A stretch of 64,000 nt of DNA from Camelus dromedarius (lineage: Eukaryota): contig NC_087437.1 of NCBI RefSeq assembly GCF_036321535.1, forward strand, positions 50,532,001 to 50,596,000. The letters are read 5' to 3'. Each line of letters opens with the position of its first letter. Position 1 is the stretch's first letter. Shown one piece after another: positions 27,597-42,714 of this stretch. A model generated the notes under the pieces. It saw only the letters and a program-made list of their open reading frames with translations. It was not told the origin of the DNA and searched no databases. Position numbers and translations under genes: made by a program.

Positions 27597-27780
27597 CTTG
27601 CCGTACACCAGTTTCAATCCTTATGGAAAGGTCGGCTTGAGGGGTAGAGAGATGCACTAATGGTCCAGCTCCTGGCATGAAGTTATTATTAGGATCTTCT
27701 GCATATATTCTAGCTTCAAAGGCATGGCCCTGCAGAGTTATTTCTTCCTGGCTCAAAGGAATCTTCTCTCCTGCTGCAAC
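27597..27780 (-). CDS. MCCC1: MCCC1 exon 11 ([61 protein letters not shown])
   Basis: [13 protein letters not shown] motif; CAG acceptor, AAG|GTAAAG donor; 184 nt. Confidence 0.97.
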
Positions 27781-27971
27781 CTGGTAAAAGAGGAATACAT
27801 GGTCTTACAAAAATCCACCTTACAGCAGCTATGAGACTAATTTGATGGTCTTGTCTTTTCCTATATAAAATGGACATTTGGACTTTATAATAAAGCTAAA
27901 TAAAAACTATTATTTTATCTACCCACTTGAGTATTGGACAAAAGCAAAAACAGATTTAAAAACAGATGCAA

Positions 27972-28160
27972 GAATAGATAAAAAAGATTATACTGTATAG
28001 CACAGGGAAATATACACAAGATCTTATGGTAGCTCACAGAGAAAAAAATGTGACAATGAATATATGTATGTTCATGTATAACTGAAAATCTGTGCTCTAC
28101 ATTGCAATTTGACACAACATTGTAAAATGACTATAACTCAATAAAAAATGTTAAAAAAAA
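27972..28160 (+). mobile_element. Short 3' end of the same L1 family as 25101-26488
   Basis: Aligns with 26310-26475 (agcacagggaaatata...gactataactcaa); AGATGCA repeated at both flanks. Confidence 0.8.
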
Positions 28161-31109
28161 AGATGCAGCTTGGAAATACATTAATTACAATGGGTTTCTA
28201 AAGTTATAGAGAAAGCAGGCAAACTGATGGCTAAATTATAAATATCAATTATTTTTCAACATAATCAAAACTAAAATTTCTCACTGGCAAGATATTCTTA
28301 GTTTTCATTTAGAACATTAGCACTCAGTTACCAAATCAATCTTTTTTTTGCAGTAAATTATTACTTGGTGTTTAGGACTATATTTACAACTATGGCCAAA
28401 GTGTGGCATTAATCATCTTTGTAAACTTCATCACCAAGTGAGTAATAGAGCAAAACAGACTGGGGAACATGTTTTAAAGACGTTGTTATGTTTACGGATA
28501 TTGCAAGATATCAGACTCTAAACAGGGTGATCAGTATTGTTTATCACTGTTATTATTTGGCTTATTATTATTATTATTATTACTTTGGCTTTTATATACC
28601 AATACAACAAATCTCTCTCTTCAACTAGTATAATTTGGAAAAGGCTATTGTAGGGCACACTGTCACTCTCTTTACTCTCCCCTTAAGTTTTCCCCAAGAT
28701 GAAAAAAAAAGATAAACTGAGATGGTAAAAGATACAGGGAAAAAACTCTAGCTCAGCAGTACACTGAACTAAAGAGGTAAGCATAAAACAGGCAAAGGTT
28801 TCATCTCTTTAAATCTATAAATAAGAAAAATCAGGAACCACAACAGTTAAAAATGAAAGGAAAATGAACTAAACTGAATGCCTTTATGGCACAGTGTTTG
28901 GAACCACAGACTACAGCCATACTGCCTGAGTTCAAATTCTGTCTCTATATTTACCCTGTTATGGGCATACTCATATTCTGGGTAAGCTTCTTTAACCTCT
29001 TGATGCTTCAGAGAAAAATGCCTGGCATATAATAATAACTATGTCATGTTAGCTATCATCGTTTCATTCTTATCCTTTAAAATAAAATACTCTTCAATGT
29101 TTTAATAAAGAATTCTATTTGTTTTAGTATAAAAAAGAATGACTATATTCTTTTTTTTTTTTTTTTTTGAGGCTTCAATTCTACCTGTGAAGATTTATTT
29201 GTATTATGTAACATAGAGGTAAATATGGCAAAAAGCAACTCCGGGCGGTTGGTAAAGTAGGTGTAACAATATTGTCTGAATATATAGCATTACTATGTAA
29301 CATACAACAGTAAAGAGAAAATACTGACCCAAAACAGCTGCCATATTGACAGCGAGAGGAGGTTTTGTTTCACCCCCAGTCCTCATCCCTCCAGCTTAGA
29401 CCTGCTCCCAACACAGGGGTTTTATATATCCCCAGCCCAGACTCAAGTACAGATTCACTGAAGAATGACCATATTCTAAGATGTGATCTGATTCCTGACT
29501 ACATAGCCCTACTTTAACCTGGTTTATCTGCCTGTTTTCCTCTGAAACTGGTTTCTATCTAGGCCCAGAAAAGGCTCAGTACTTGGAAAACTGTGTCAGG
29601 TTCTCCCGGGCTCTAGACATTGACTTTTTGGAACCCTTGGACCTTGGACATTTCACCAGCCTCCCGTGGACACTGCTAACCACCTGAAACTGCAGCCTGG
29701 GTGCTCACTTCATTTCACCCTTGCTCAGGAAGCCAGTGACTCCAGAGAAAGGTCCTGGAGCTTGAACTCTTGACTCACCAAATGGTGAGATCCCTTGTTT
29801 TACCTCTGCTTGGAAGCCAGACTCCAAAGTGCCTTGAACCCTGTAAACAAGGTCCAATGGTGTCCCTAAGCTCTAGAAACCTTTCCCAGATGATAAAAGT
29901 TGCTTCCTTTTCTAAGAGCCTTCAAAACTCTTAAAATTTCTTGAGTTGCAGAAATAAATGTCTGCGGTCCCGTCTAATGTCCAAAAGCTTTCTCCTCCTT
30001 AATCCTTGGAAATCTTTTATCCTTCATGATTTCAAAATTCAGGACTCTCTTGATTATTGCTTCAGAAAAAAAAAATCCTTCTTTGAATTCTGAAAACATA
30101 TGCACTGTTTCCAAAAGTCTCTAAACCTGCTCCAGTTTTCCTGATACTTAGTAACATTTCCTAGTCTGATATGCCTGGGTTTCATTACTTTCAAGGCTAT
30201 AGAGGCCCGGAAGAATCCTGTAACTCAATTAAAACCACCAATCATTCCCAAAGAACCAGCAAGAGGAATATCATATTACTGTCCTTAGAAGTTCTACAAA
30301 GACAAAATGATGAAAATAGTCAATACTTTAACATCACAACATGGAAAAGATAATTTAGACTCAGGATATATAAAGAACCAAGAATCCTAGAGAGATCAAG
30401 AATGTTCATACCACTTAAATTTTTTTTTTTTATATTGAGAAAAGGCTGTAAAACCTATTGTTTTCAATAAAGAGAACAAAACAGACTAAAATATTATTAT
30501 CAGTATTTGACGGAATATGCTTTGTAGAACTCCGGTTCAGGCCAGTGAGGAACAGTTGTAAACTTACACTTCACTAAAATATAGTAGATGTGTCATAGTG
30601 AAGCCAGAATGGTTTAAAACTTTCTAAGTATTTACTCTGAATGGCTATGCTTATCCCTTCATGGCCCAGCAACAGTGTGTCAGCACTTGCACATGAAACA
30701 CTGTTGGTCTAAACCATTCCCAACTCTTCCTTAGGTCATCTCATCTTGACCAGCACCTGCCCTGCCTCTAAAATCTAACGATGGCCTGGCTCTGAATGAT
30801 GTGGCCTCAGGTAGAGTAGAAGGCTTTGTGTTGAGACAATGTGGTAAGAGCAGGCCTCAGTGGCAGGAGCTCATCTTCTGGCTGCCCCATGTCTAAGGGG
30901 AAAAGATGGTAAGTGACAAGTTAGGAATCAGTCCATAAAGTGACAACAATGTCACAGCATCAAATGTACTGTCACCTTTAACCTCCCATTTTCCTATCCT
31001 CATGACAACCACCAAGGATTGAACCCTTGCCCAAAGTGATACTTCCTTTTAGGAGGCCACAAGGTAACATATTCTCAACACTGATCTTTAACAGAAAAAA
31101 CACTCCCAC

Positions 31110-31237
31110 CCTAAGCTGCCATTCCACCAAGTCAGTTCCTGTGACCATCTCAGTAACAGGATGTTCCACTTGCAGCCTTGTATTCATCTCCATGAAGTAG
31201 AAATTGTGCTTTGAGTCCATAATAAACTCCACAGTTC
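31110..31237 (-). CDS. MCCC1: MCCC1 exon 10 ([43 protein letters not shown])
   Basis: Within ORF 30978..31262; catalytic [10 protein letters not shown] motif; CAG acceptor, AGG|GTGGGA donor; 128 nt. Confidence 0.97.
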
Positions 31238-31797
31238 CTGAAAGATAAAATACAGTGGTCACATCCCAACAGCATATAATCAGTCGGAATCAAAATCTTT
31301 CATGAAATATCAAGTTTTACTGCTGCCTTCATTCAGAGATAAACATTTTGCATTTCATGAAGAAAATACCTCACACTTTGTAGCAGTGAAATGATTTTCA
31401 ATCAAAAATAGGGAGCCACATGAAATTTAACAATAGAAAAGTATGTCTGGGATTTTGAGAAAATGGTAAACCCAAGTTATGAATCAGTCTCAGCTGCCAC
31501 AGCAGTGAGAACATGGCTGAACCATGAATTACTGCTTCGGTGCACCGAGGTTTCACCTCGGAAACCTCACACTGTGACATTCCATCTTACTCTAACCCTG
31601 TGGAGAAAGACTTTTTTTTCCTGTTGAATGTGGGCTCTGGAAGTTTCTTTAAAATCCTTTTGCTAGTGACCCTTTAGAAGATTGCTTAGTAAGTAAACAT
31701 CATGTTAATGTCTTATCTACTGGCATTATATTAGGTACTACACTCCCCCCAACTTTATCAAAGCATAATTTCTGACAATAAACTTTATTCATTTTAA

Positions 31798-31910
31798 GGG
31801 GGAGGGTAATAGCTCAGTGGTAGAGCCCGTGCTTAGCATGCATGAGGTCCTGGGTTCAATCTCCAGTACCTTCATTAAAAAAATAAATAAACCTATTTAC
31901 ACCCCCTCCA
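31798..31910 (+). mobile_element. Vic-1-like SINE
   Basis: GGGGGAGGGTAATAGCTCAGTGGTAGAG...GGGTTCAATCTCCAGTACC, tail AAACCTATTTAC. Confidence 0.85.
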
Positions 31911-32239
31911 AATTTATCCATTTTAGGTTTCAGCAATTGAATACAGTCATATAACCACTACCACTATGAAATACAAAACATTTCCATCACCCAAAATGTT
32001 CCCTTGTTCCCCTTTGCAGTCAGTCCCTTCCCCAGGCCCCTGGCTCCAGCCAACCACTCTTCTGCTTTCTATGAGTTTTTTTCCTAGAATGTCATACAAA
32101 TGAAATCATATAGTATGTAGCCTTCTGTGTTTGAAATTTTTTTACTTAGTGTAAAGTTAGCTCCATACAATTTAAAACTGTTTTTCAAACTGTGGGTCAC
32201 AATCTATCAGTGGACTATAAAAATTTAGTGAAAATTTCC

Positions 32240-35200
32240 AGTTTCTGACCCAGCAGGTAAAGTGCTTACAAGTCACCATCCCATCCTGACAAGTGAAAAG
32301 CTGAATAAGCTGAAGAATCAACAACTCTTCTTAGATCCACCACAGATGTGAGCAAACCACAGCCCCCCAAATTAGAGAGAAAGACAGGCAAATATAGAGA
32401 TTCACAACTTGCTGGAACAGAAACTTATGAGCAAAAACCTCTGTGCGAACAAGTATTCCTCTAAAAATAAATAAATAAACCTAATCACCCCCCCTCCCCG
32501 GCCAACAAAAATAGATAAATAACAACAACAAAGAAAGACAGCAGTAGGCTGACTGGTTCACTGGTGAATTCTATCAAACCCTGGAGGTAGAATTTATACC
32601 AATTTATTTATACCAATTATCTACAGTCTCTTTCAGAAGACAGAATACTTCCCAACTCATTCTATGAGGCATTACCTTAACACCAAAACCAAAGAAGACT
32701 ACAGACCAGTAACTCTTAAGAACATTGATGAAATAATCCTCAGCAAATCAAATCTAATAATGTATAAAAATAATGATATACCATGACCAGGTGGGATCTA
32801 GTATGCAAGACTAGTTCAACATCTGAAAATCAATGAATGTAATCCATCACATCAACAGACTAAAGCAGAATCACATGATTGTATCAACAAAATCAGAAAA
32901 AGCATTCGATGAAATCCAATACCCAACTATAATAAAAACTCCCAAATAGAGGGGAACTTCCACAATTTGAAAAAGATTTACAAAAACCTACAGCTAACAT
33001 CATACCTAATAGTGAGAAACTAGAAGCCTTCCCACTAAGATCAGAAACATGGCTGTCCACTCTCACCATTCCTTTTCAATATCATACAAGATGTCCCAGT
33101 TAATGCAATAATACAAGAAAAGGAAATAAATGGTATAGATTGGGAAGGAAGAAATAAAACTGTTCACAGATGATTTGATCAACTTCATTAAAAAAATCCA
33201 AAAAACTTAATCAAAAAACCTCCTGGAACTAATAAGCAACCATATCAAGGTTGCAGGATATAAGGTGAGTATACAAGTCAACTGTTTTCCTACATACAAG
33301 TAAACAAGTAGAATTTGAAATTAAAAACACAATACCATTTACATTAGCACCCTCCTGAAGTGAAACAGGCAAAAATCTAACAAAATATGTATAAGATCTA
33401 TATGAGGAAACTACAGAATTCTGATGAAATAGTAAAAGAAGAGCTAAATAAATGGAGAAACAGTTCATGCTTATGGATAGGAAGACTCAACATGGTCAAG
33501 AAGTCAGTCTTCCCAATCTGTTATATAGAGTCATTGCAACTCCAATCAAAATCCTAGCAAGCTATTTTGTGGATATCAAAAAACTGACTCTAATGTTTAT
33601 ACGGAGGAAAAGGACCCAGAATAACCAACTTGATATGAGAAAATGACAACATTGGAGGATTGACACTGTCTGAGTTCAAGACTTACTTACTATAAAGCTA
33701 CAGAAATCAAAACAATAAAGTACTGGTGAGAGAACAAATAGATTAGTGGAACAGAATAGAGCGCCCAGAAACAGATCCACATAAATATAGACAACTAATC
33801 TTTGACAAAGGAGCAAAGGCAATAAAATGGAGAAAAGTCTTTTAAAGAAATGATGCTGGAGCAACTGGACATCTACAAGCAAAGAAAAAGAAAAAGAAAA
33901 AGAATCTCAACAGACCTTACAGCCTTCATGAAAATTAACCCCAAATGGATCAAAGACCAAAATGTAAAACACAAAACCAGAAAACTAGAAGACAACAAAG
34001 GAGAAAACCTAGTTGACTTTGAGCATAGTGAGTCTTTTTAGACACAACAACAAAGACACAATCCATGAAAGAAATAATTGATAAACTGGACTTCATTAAA
34101 ATTAAAAACTTCTGCTCTGTTAAAGACAATATCAAGAGAATGAAAAGACTAGCCACAGACTGGGAGAAAAATTTGCAAAAGGTACATCTGTTAAAGAACT
34201 GTTATCTAAAATATACCAATAACTTAGAGCTCAACAATAAGAAAACAAACAACCTAACTAAACAATGGTCAAAAGACAGAAGAGATGGCAAATACACATA
34301 CACAGATGGCAAATAAGCATATGAGAAGATGCTCCACATCATGTTATCAGGGAAATGCAAATTAAAACGAGATGTCACTACACACCTATTAGAATGGCCA
34401 AAATCTGGAACAATGATGACATGAAATGCTGATGAGGATGAGGAACTCTCATTATTTGCTTGGTGGAAATGCAAAGTGATACATCTACTTTGAAAGACAG
34501 TGTGGCAGTTTCTTACAAAACTAAACATACTCTTACCATGTGATCCATTCTTGGTGTTTATCCCAATGAATTGAAACTATGTCCACACAAAACCCTGTAC
34601 ATAGATATTTATAGCAGCTTTATTCATAACTGCTAAACTTGGAAGCAACCAAAATATACTTCTGGAAGTGAGAAGATAAATAAACTGGTACAACAAGACA
34701 ATGGAATATTATCCAGCGCCAAACAGAAATGAGCCATCAAGCCATGAAAAGACATGGAGGAAACTTAAAATTCATGCTACTAAGTGAAGGAAGTCAATCT
34801 GAAAAAGCTACACACTATATAATTCCAACTGTATGACATCTGGAAAAGGCAAAACCATGGAGGCGATAAAAAGATCAGTGATTCTCAGGGGCTGGAAGCA
34901 GGGAGGGATGAAGAGCTCAATACTGAGGGCATTGAAACTACTCTGTGAGATACAATGGTAGAATACATGTTGGATACATGTCATTACACATTTGTCCAAA
35001 CTCACAGAATGCACATCAAGAGTGAACTCTAACATAAACCATGGACACTGGGTGATAATGATGTGTCAGTGTAGGTCCATCCATTATAATAAAAGCACCA
35101 TTCTGGCACAGGATGTTGATACTTGGGGAGGCTATGCATGTATGGGGACAGGGTATGGGAACTCTCTCTACTTTTGCTCAATTCTGCTGTTAACCTAAAA

Positions 35201-35245
35201 CTCCTCTAAAAAGTTGAAGTTTACAAATTTAAAAAAAAAACACAC
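32240..35245 (+). mobile_element. Old degenerate L1 (L1MC-like: 5' piece, ORF2 fragments, 3'UTR), nested in a hAT-Charlie-like element (about 32177-32235 and 35255-35450)
   Basis: ORF2-like peptides (KEIIDKLDFIKIKNFCSVKD, ATPIKILASYFVDIKKL); flanks carry the ttttcaaactgtgggtc and aaaaaagtttgaaagtcagtg hAT-like ends. Confidence 0.8.
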
Positions 35246-35532
35246 AAAAAAATCATTTCAGTGATTTTACTTTAAAATAGGATAGAAAGAATCAAGTAGC
35301 ATTACACATAATTAGGGTAAGTACTGTTTAGTGAAAAATTTTTTTCAAATATACATGTATAAAAACACAAACACATATGCATATACTGGGTCTCAATGTA
35401 AAACATATTTCTTAATGTGGGTATAGTCAAAAAAGTTTGAAAGTCAGTGATTTAAAAGCTATATGTTTTGTTTGCCTTTCAAAACACAAAGGATCACTCT
35501 TTCTCCTCTATCAGAAGCACATCTTTACATAC

Positions 35533-35614
35533 CTGCACCAACATAGTTTACAGCTTTAGCAGCTCTGACTGCAGCTTCTCCGAGCGCTTTTCTTACTTCA
35601 GGTTTAATGCCAGG
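35533..35614 (-). CDS. MCCC1: MCCC1 exon 9 (PGIKPEVRKALGEAAVRAAKAVNYVGA)
   Basis: TAG acceptor, CAG|GTATGT donor; 82 nt. Confidence 0.96.
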
Positions 35615-36874
35615 CTATGAAAAAATATTTGAAATAAGTTTCCATTAGTACTTTGTCCTACTAGAAGTTTCCATTAAGATTCAGTATTACATTTCTATGT
35701 ACCAAATATTACATTAAAGAGATAAGGATAAGTAGCTAATGTCACACATTTCTTCAAGAAATATTGTCCTATACCATAGTTCAACTGTCCTTATATCAAA
35801 GTTTAATGATTCTGTTAGTAATTTCTATGAACTGCAGCTATTACTCAGCATAATGACATATCTCTGTCCCTTGTACTTACAAAATAACTTTCATGACTAT
35901 ATGTCCACTTAAAATTATATGTATCAATATGAAAACTTAGAACTATCTCTATTTTGTTTCAAAATGATAAAGCAATCTGGGTCATGTATCCAATAATTAT
36001 CTTAGAATAACAGTAAACCTTGAGACTGCAAGTTAGTAAGAAAGGTTCATAAAAAGAAACGTATGTCAATAAGGAGGCAGAGCTTTTAACATTTTAAAAT
36101 GGTGCTCAGCAGATTTTTATTTAATCAATGCTTGAAAATATGGCTTTATTAATATTACTGTTAACATTTACTTTAGAGTATAATATAGTCTGCAACAGAA
36201 ATTAAATTTTGAGTACAGTATGAGAATAACAAACTGATTAATCAGAAACCTTAGATCCCTGATCTTTTAGAAATACACACTGAAAAAACCACATATACAA
36301 CTTTAGACAAGTAAGAAGCCTATGATAGCAGCAGGTTCCAAAGAAATGTAAATCCAAATACAGGTAATCCCAGGAGTAGGCCATGACCCAGATAACACCT
36401 GAGCCAATCAAGAGGTGGGCTCAGAGACATGTAAACAATTCTGAGGGAGAAAAGTTGCTAAATAAGAGCAAATCTCTCTCCTATACAATATAACCTCTAA
36501 GTTGAGAAGATGACTAATATATTCTAGGAACACTTGAAACAATGGTTAAAAGAGTCTTCTTCATTAAAAAAAAAAAAAAAACCTCAATTAACAAGACCAT
36601 TCTATTCCTCAAACAGTTTAGTTAAGTACAACTTAAAATCTACATGCAAACAATATACAGCTGTTCACTGTAAGGCAGATACTTGGATCAGAGCAGATTT
36701 TCCTAGATACCATCCAGAAGCACCATGGCTCTACTGTGCCTTCTGTATAGTAGCCCCAAAACATGAACCCTGGCCTCACCCCAACACTGCAATGAGGGCT
36801 TGTTACTAGTGGGAAGTGGACATGAAAGTCAGTGGCCAAGGTTTACATTATAGAGAAGCTGACAAATTTCTTTA

Positions 36875-37180
<306 letters not shown>

Positions 37181-37899
37181 TCAAAATTATAAATTATAGT
37201 CACATTTCATGTATCCTCAAAAAGCCAACAAAAACTTTCAGGGGATTTAAAAAAATCAGCTCTTACAATCAGATTTTATAAACTAAGGCAGACTGAAAAT
37301 TATAATGGCTCATCCATAGAAAGGTAAAGAAATAAATTAACATGGATCATCATTTTTTAAGGAAATACTAACATGAAACATAAAAAAACAAAAAAGGCAC
37401 TTAAATGTTGAGTGTAAAATAGTAAAATTATCAGAAGTCATATTAACAGTGAATGCACGTTACACTTAAGAAGATAAGGGTAACAGACCATTTGATAAAC
37501 ATGAAAGCACTCTTTTCAGTAGATTCATTTTGGTATGTTCACAATATAGTTCACCTCACATATTCACCACCATAATACAGAAATGAGTGATCAGCAAACG
37601 TTTTTTTCTGTTGAGTTTTCAAAATAAAAATTGTCAAAGAAGAAATTTTTGTAAAAACTTAAGTCTTATAAATGTAATGTTTCAGCACAGTGGCTCATTT
37701 CTGTTCCTTTCTGTTCACCTCATGAAACACGTCATTATACCACCTGGAGGAACTTATTTTATTGTTACCTTGTTTCTACTGAATGTTCCATTTAAAAATT
37801 TCCCAATTTGTTCAACACATTCTTCTGACAAATAATAGAAGCTGATTTCTTCCTTCTGGATTTGCTTTCTTGATCTTTTCTCCCTCTTTTTACTTACCT

Positions 37900-39750
37900 T
37901 TAAGCTATCATCACCAAACATATTACTATTAGTATTTTGAACAAACTGTTATCTGTGAGATCAATTAAGAAAACTAAGAGATTTTTACTTTACCTTTGTT
38001 TATTCTTTCTCTAATGCTTTTCTTTTCTTTACAGAGAGCCGAGTTTCTGACCTATACCATTTTCCTTCTCTCTGAAGAAATCATCATTTCTTGCAAGGCA
38101 AATATACCAGTGACAAATTCTCTCAATTTTTGATTGTCTGAGAAAGTATTTCTCCTCCTAGTTTGGAGGCTAATTTCACTGGATACAGAATTTATAGGTT
38201 GATTTTTAAAAAAACACTTTATAAATATTTCACTCCACTCTACTCTTGCTTAAGTCTAATGTATTTATTTACCCTTGTTTCTCTATAGATAAGGTGTTTT
38301 TTCCCCTGGGGCTTTTTTCAAAATTTTCTTTTTGTCTTCGGTTTCCTTTCAATTTGAATATAACTCAAAAATTTTTTGATAGTTATTCTGCTTTTGGTGT
38401 CCCCTGAGCTTCCTGATTCTGTAGTTTGGTGTTTGTCATTAATTTTGGAAATATTTTGGCCATTATTATTTCAAACACTTCTTCTGCTCCTCTCTTTATT
38501 CTCCTTGTAGTAATCAAATAACATGTTATACCTTTTAAAATTGTCTCCCTTCTCAGATATTAAGTTGTTTGATTTCATTATTTCTCTCTGCCCTTCAATT
38601 TGGGAAGCTTCCATTGACATGTTCAAGGTCACTATTTCTTTTCTCAGCTGTGTCCAGTCTACCAATAAGCCTATCAAATGCGTTCTTCATTTCTTTTACA
38701 ATGTTTTTGATTCCTGGCATTTTCTTCTGATTTTTTTCCTTAGTGTCTCCATCCCTCTCTGCTTACATTACCCATATGTTCTGCATGTTGTCTACTGTAC
38801 TTTTCCACAAGAGCCATTAACATATTAATCAGTTACTTTAAATTCCACATCTAAAAATTCCAAAATTTGTGTCATATTTCAATCTGGTTCTGATGCTTGC
38901 TTTTTTTCTCTTCAGACCATGTTTTACTCGTCTTTTAGCATGCCTTGTAATTTTTTTGATTAAACGCCAGACATAATATATCATGGAACAAGAAACTGAA
39001 GTAAACAAATTTCATGTGAGGTTTTATGTTAATCTGGCTAGCAGGGAGGCTGTGTTTAAGGTCTGCAGTAGCTATAGGTGCCAGGGGCTTCAGTTTCTTC
39101 TGTTGTCCTTGTTTTGTTTTTCTCCTGTTGTCTTAGGCTTTCCCTAAGAACTCCTTAAACGCAGCCTGTGCCTTGCAGCAATCTTAGCTGTAAACCCGTT
39201 ATTATGCTGGAGCCCTGGTGACAGGGGAGAAGGGTGTGGGGGAAGAAAAGCATTCTATATTCTTATGATTAAATCTCAGTCTTCTACTGGGTCTGTGTCC
39301 CTGGGTGTTTTAGCTTTTTTTTCTTCCCTTAGGTGAAACAGGAAGGTTAGAGGGGGTTAGAGTTGGCTAACTGCCCTCCCCCAAGGACAGAAAAGTCTCT
39401 GGCAAAGTTTCCCTTAGAGTGCTGGCCTTTGCTTTGGGCCTATTCAAAATGGCTTCTTTCCTCCTCCAGGCCCCCAAAATGTGAGGACATTTTTCCTGGA
39501 TTTTCACTGATTGCCTGGTGGTGTTCTTGGAGGAAAAATCTATGAAAATTTGGGTTTTCCCCTAAAACTGGGCCCTAAGGAGTTTCTTACCATCAGGCTA
39601 GACCACACTCAACCCCCAGTAATTTGTCAAAATCCCTATTTAGGTGTTCCTATCAGTTTATGGCTCTGGCAGCTTCTGCTCCAGGTAAACTGATCTTGGC
39701 TATGATTTGCTGTATCCACATGATTGCCCAGATTTCAGGGTGGTGAATTT
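37900..39750 (-). mobile_element. Old L1 5'/ORF1-region fragment, antisense
   Basis: T-rich L1-antisense sequence (ttcactggatacagaatt, ccctgagcttcctga); ORF 38471..38677 resembles a degenerate L1 ORF1. Confidence 0.65.
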
Positions 39751-40835
39751 ATTAAGTTTATAAACATCTTGATTTCTACTTTTCTGTTATCAGCACCATC
39801 TTGACAATCTTCTGGCTATTATCTCAACAGGTAATTATTTAGCAGGATATAAAACAGTATGATTATCATGATATGGAAATGTTACTAGAAAATATAGAAT
39901 AGAAATATGTAGAAATGTTAATACTGATATTCAAAGAATGAGTTTATGAGTGACTTTGTTTTCTACCTGCTGTATTTTCGAAGGCTGTAATGTATTTATA
40001 TTATTTCTACATTTAAAAAAAAATCATACACACCTACCATGAAGAAAATAATATGCCAAGTAACATACAGGAGAAAAAAAAAAAAGAAGAAGAAATGAGC
40101 AGGTCCTCGGTTCCCAGGAGCTTACCAGCTACTGAGAGAATAAATTACAATGTGAGGTAATAGATGACATTTCACAAGAATCTATATCTTCAAAAATGTC
40201 GCAGGCATTGAGTTACAGTCACTGAAATAGCTAGCTGATGTCTCTACGACAATTTTAGCTCAAGAGTATGCTCATTTGGATAGTCAGCCTGTTCTTTTTT
40301 GAAAGCTACTGAAAGGAGCCTTCAATTGACCTTAGAACTTCCTCCATTTTTGCCTTATTTCCCACTAACGGGTGGCATGTGTTGTGCTGGCCTAATCAAC
40401 TGGCCTATTTTGAGAATGAGGGCTTTATTTTTACAATCATACTCTAAATGAACTTAATATACTGTGCCATGCATAGGAATAATTCTATTTGTAGGGCTGA
40501 AACGGAAATAATTTGGGAGCCCCCTCTACGATGAGTACAAAATTAGGTACAGGACCTTAGAAGAGGCTCATGCAAGGGAAGGGCCTGAAGTTTCAGTTCA
40601 TCACCTTCAAGGTAAATTCCTCTCTGGTCATGGTTCCAAAATGAGTTATTCTTTATAAGGTCACTTAACTTACAGGTTATATATATATATATATTTACCA
40701 CAAAATTGATAAAACAAGATGTGTTTATAATTAGTATCTTATTTCAAGCAATACAAATGAAAATAAAATTCCAGAGAATAAAAAAATTTAGAAATCCACA
40801 CAGTATTTACTACAGTGGAACCTAGAGAAACAGTT

Positions 40836-41108
40836 TAAGGTGGTCGCTTAGAGTGTGAATTCTGGAGTCAAACTGTCTGGGCTCAAATCCCAGCTTCCCC
40901 AATTCCCAGATGGGAGACCTCAGGCAAGTAAGATGACCACTCTATTCCTCGGTGTCCTCACCTGCAAAATGAGAACAGGGCCTACCTAATGGGATTGTTG
41001 CAGGAATTAGATTAGAAATAGGACAGCAAGACTACTACTCAGTATATGTAAAATACTTAGAATCTGGCACATGATTAAATACGAGGATGAGCTGTTAGTT
41101 TTATTATT
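40836..41108 (+). mobile_element. MIR SINE
   Basis: tctggagtcaaactgtctgggctcaaatcccagc...ggcaagt...cctcggtgtcctcacctgcaaaatgag. Confidence 0.75.
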
Positions 41109-41624
41109 TGTTAACATATCACTTACAATTCAATTTGAACAATTATTTCCATTTTCAGAGCATCTCAAATGATGCTTATAGAGTTCTGTAAGATAAAGCT
41201 TAATTTCTTACAAGAATTTTATTTATTTTGAAAGGACTCTAAATTCCATCAAGAAATGAACTGAATGAATTAATGACACATCAATATCACGGAACCATTA
41301 AGCATATAAAAAGAATGAGGTAGATCTCTATTTACTGACATGGAAGGTGTTTACGATATAATATTGGCATATAATATTATGTTAAGATTCTGTTCACTGT
41401 TCTTTTATATGTATTTTGCATTCTGTGTGTATATGTATAGATGTTTCTACTCATGTAGAAAATGCCTGGAGGAATGCATACTGTACTAGTGGTTACATCA
41501 GGGAGTGGGATTGGGAACTTAATGTACTCATGTACTATCAAAATTTTATACTTTATATAATATGCATGCATTTCTTTTATAATTTAATTTAAAAAATTTA
41601 AGTCAGGAAAAAAAGCTGAACCTA

Positions 41625-41747
<123 letters not shown>

Positions 41748-41793
41748 CTAAGATGGAAATCTAGCCATGACTACAACAAAACAAATTAGACTA

Positions 41794-41979
<186 letters not shown>

Positions 41980-42373
41980 TTAGAATAAAAAAAAAAGATG
42001 CCCTAATTCTACAAATTATTTCATACAAGAGAAACACAAATACTGCCAAGTATATAAAATACAATGGAACTTTAAAAATAAAACATTCCATAGGTAAAGA
42101 AAGGATTACCGTCTGAGAAAACAAAAATTAATACAAATGTTAAAATATCTAATACTTTCCTCAATCCAGTTTTCATGTGGTAGCTCATCCCACCTTGTTT
42201 TTAATTCCCAAAAACGAACATATTGATTAGAAACACTAATTGCTTGAATATTTTCCATAACTCAATATAGTGGCAAATAAATAACTTAAAACCTATGACA
42301 ATGAAAGGGTATAATTAACATGTCTATTATAGGTAAATAACCATTTCAATTGACCTTCCTATGGCTGTATTTA

Positions 42374-42511
<138 letters not shown>

Positions 42512-42714
42512 CTAGAAGGGAGAAATGAAAGGATGAACTTTCTAGCGCTCCACTGGCAAACCGATGCAGGCAATGGCATCTTCCCCTGAGGAGGCATCTC
42601 CCCACCCATGCTGGTGATAGGTACACTATGGTCTCTATCAAAGTATGTTTTCAGAGATGTCTGAACTTTCATTCTAAAGTTCTGAAACCTTACTTGAACC
42701 AGAAAAATCTATAT

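Noticed and set aside
29250..29880. GC-richer intronic stretch with a TATA-like motif, possibly an old LTR
   Set aside because: I could not define termini, a TSD or a family from the sequence alone.
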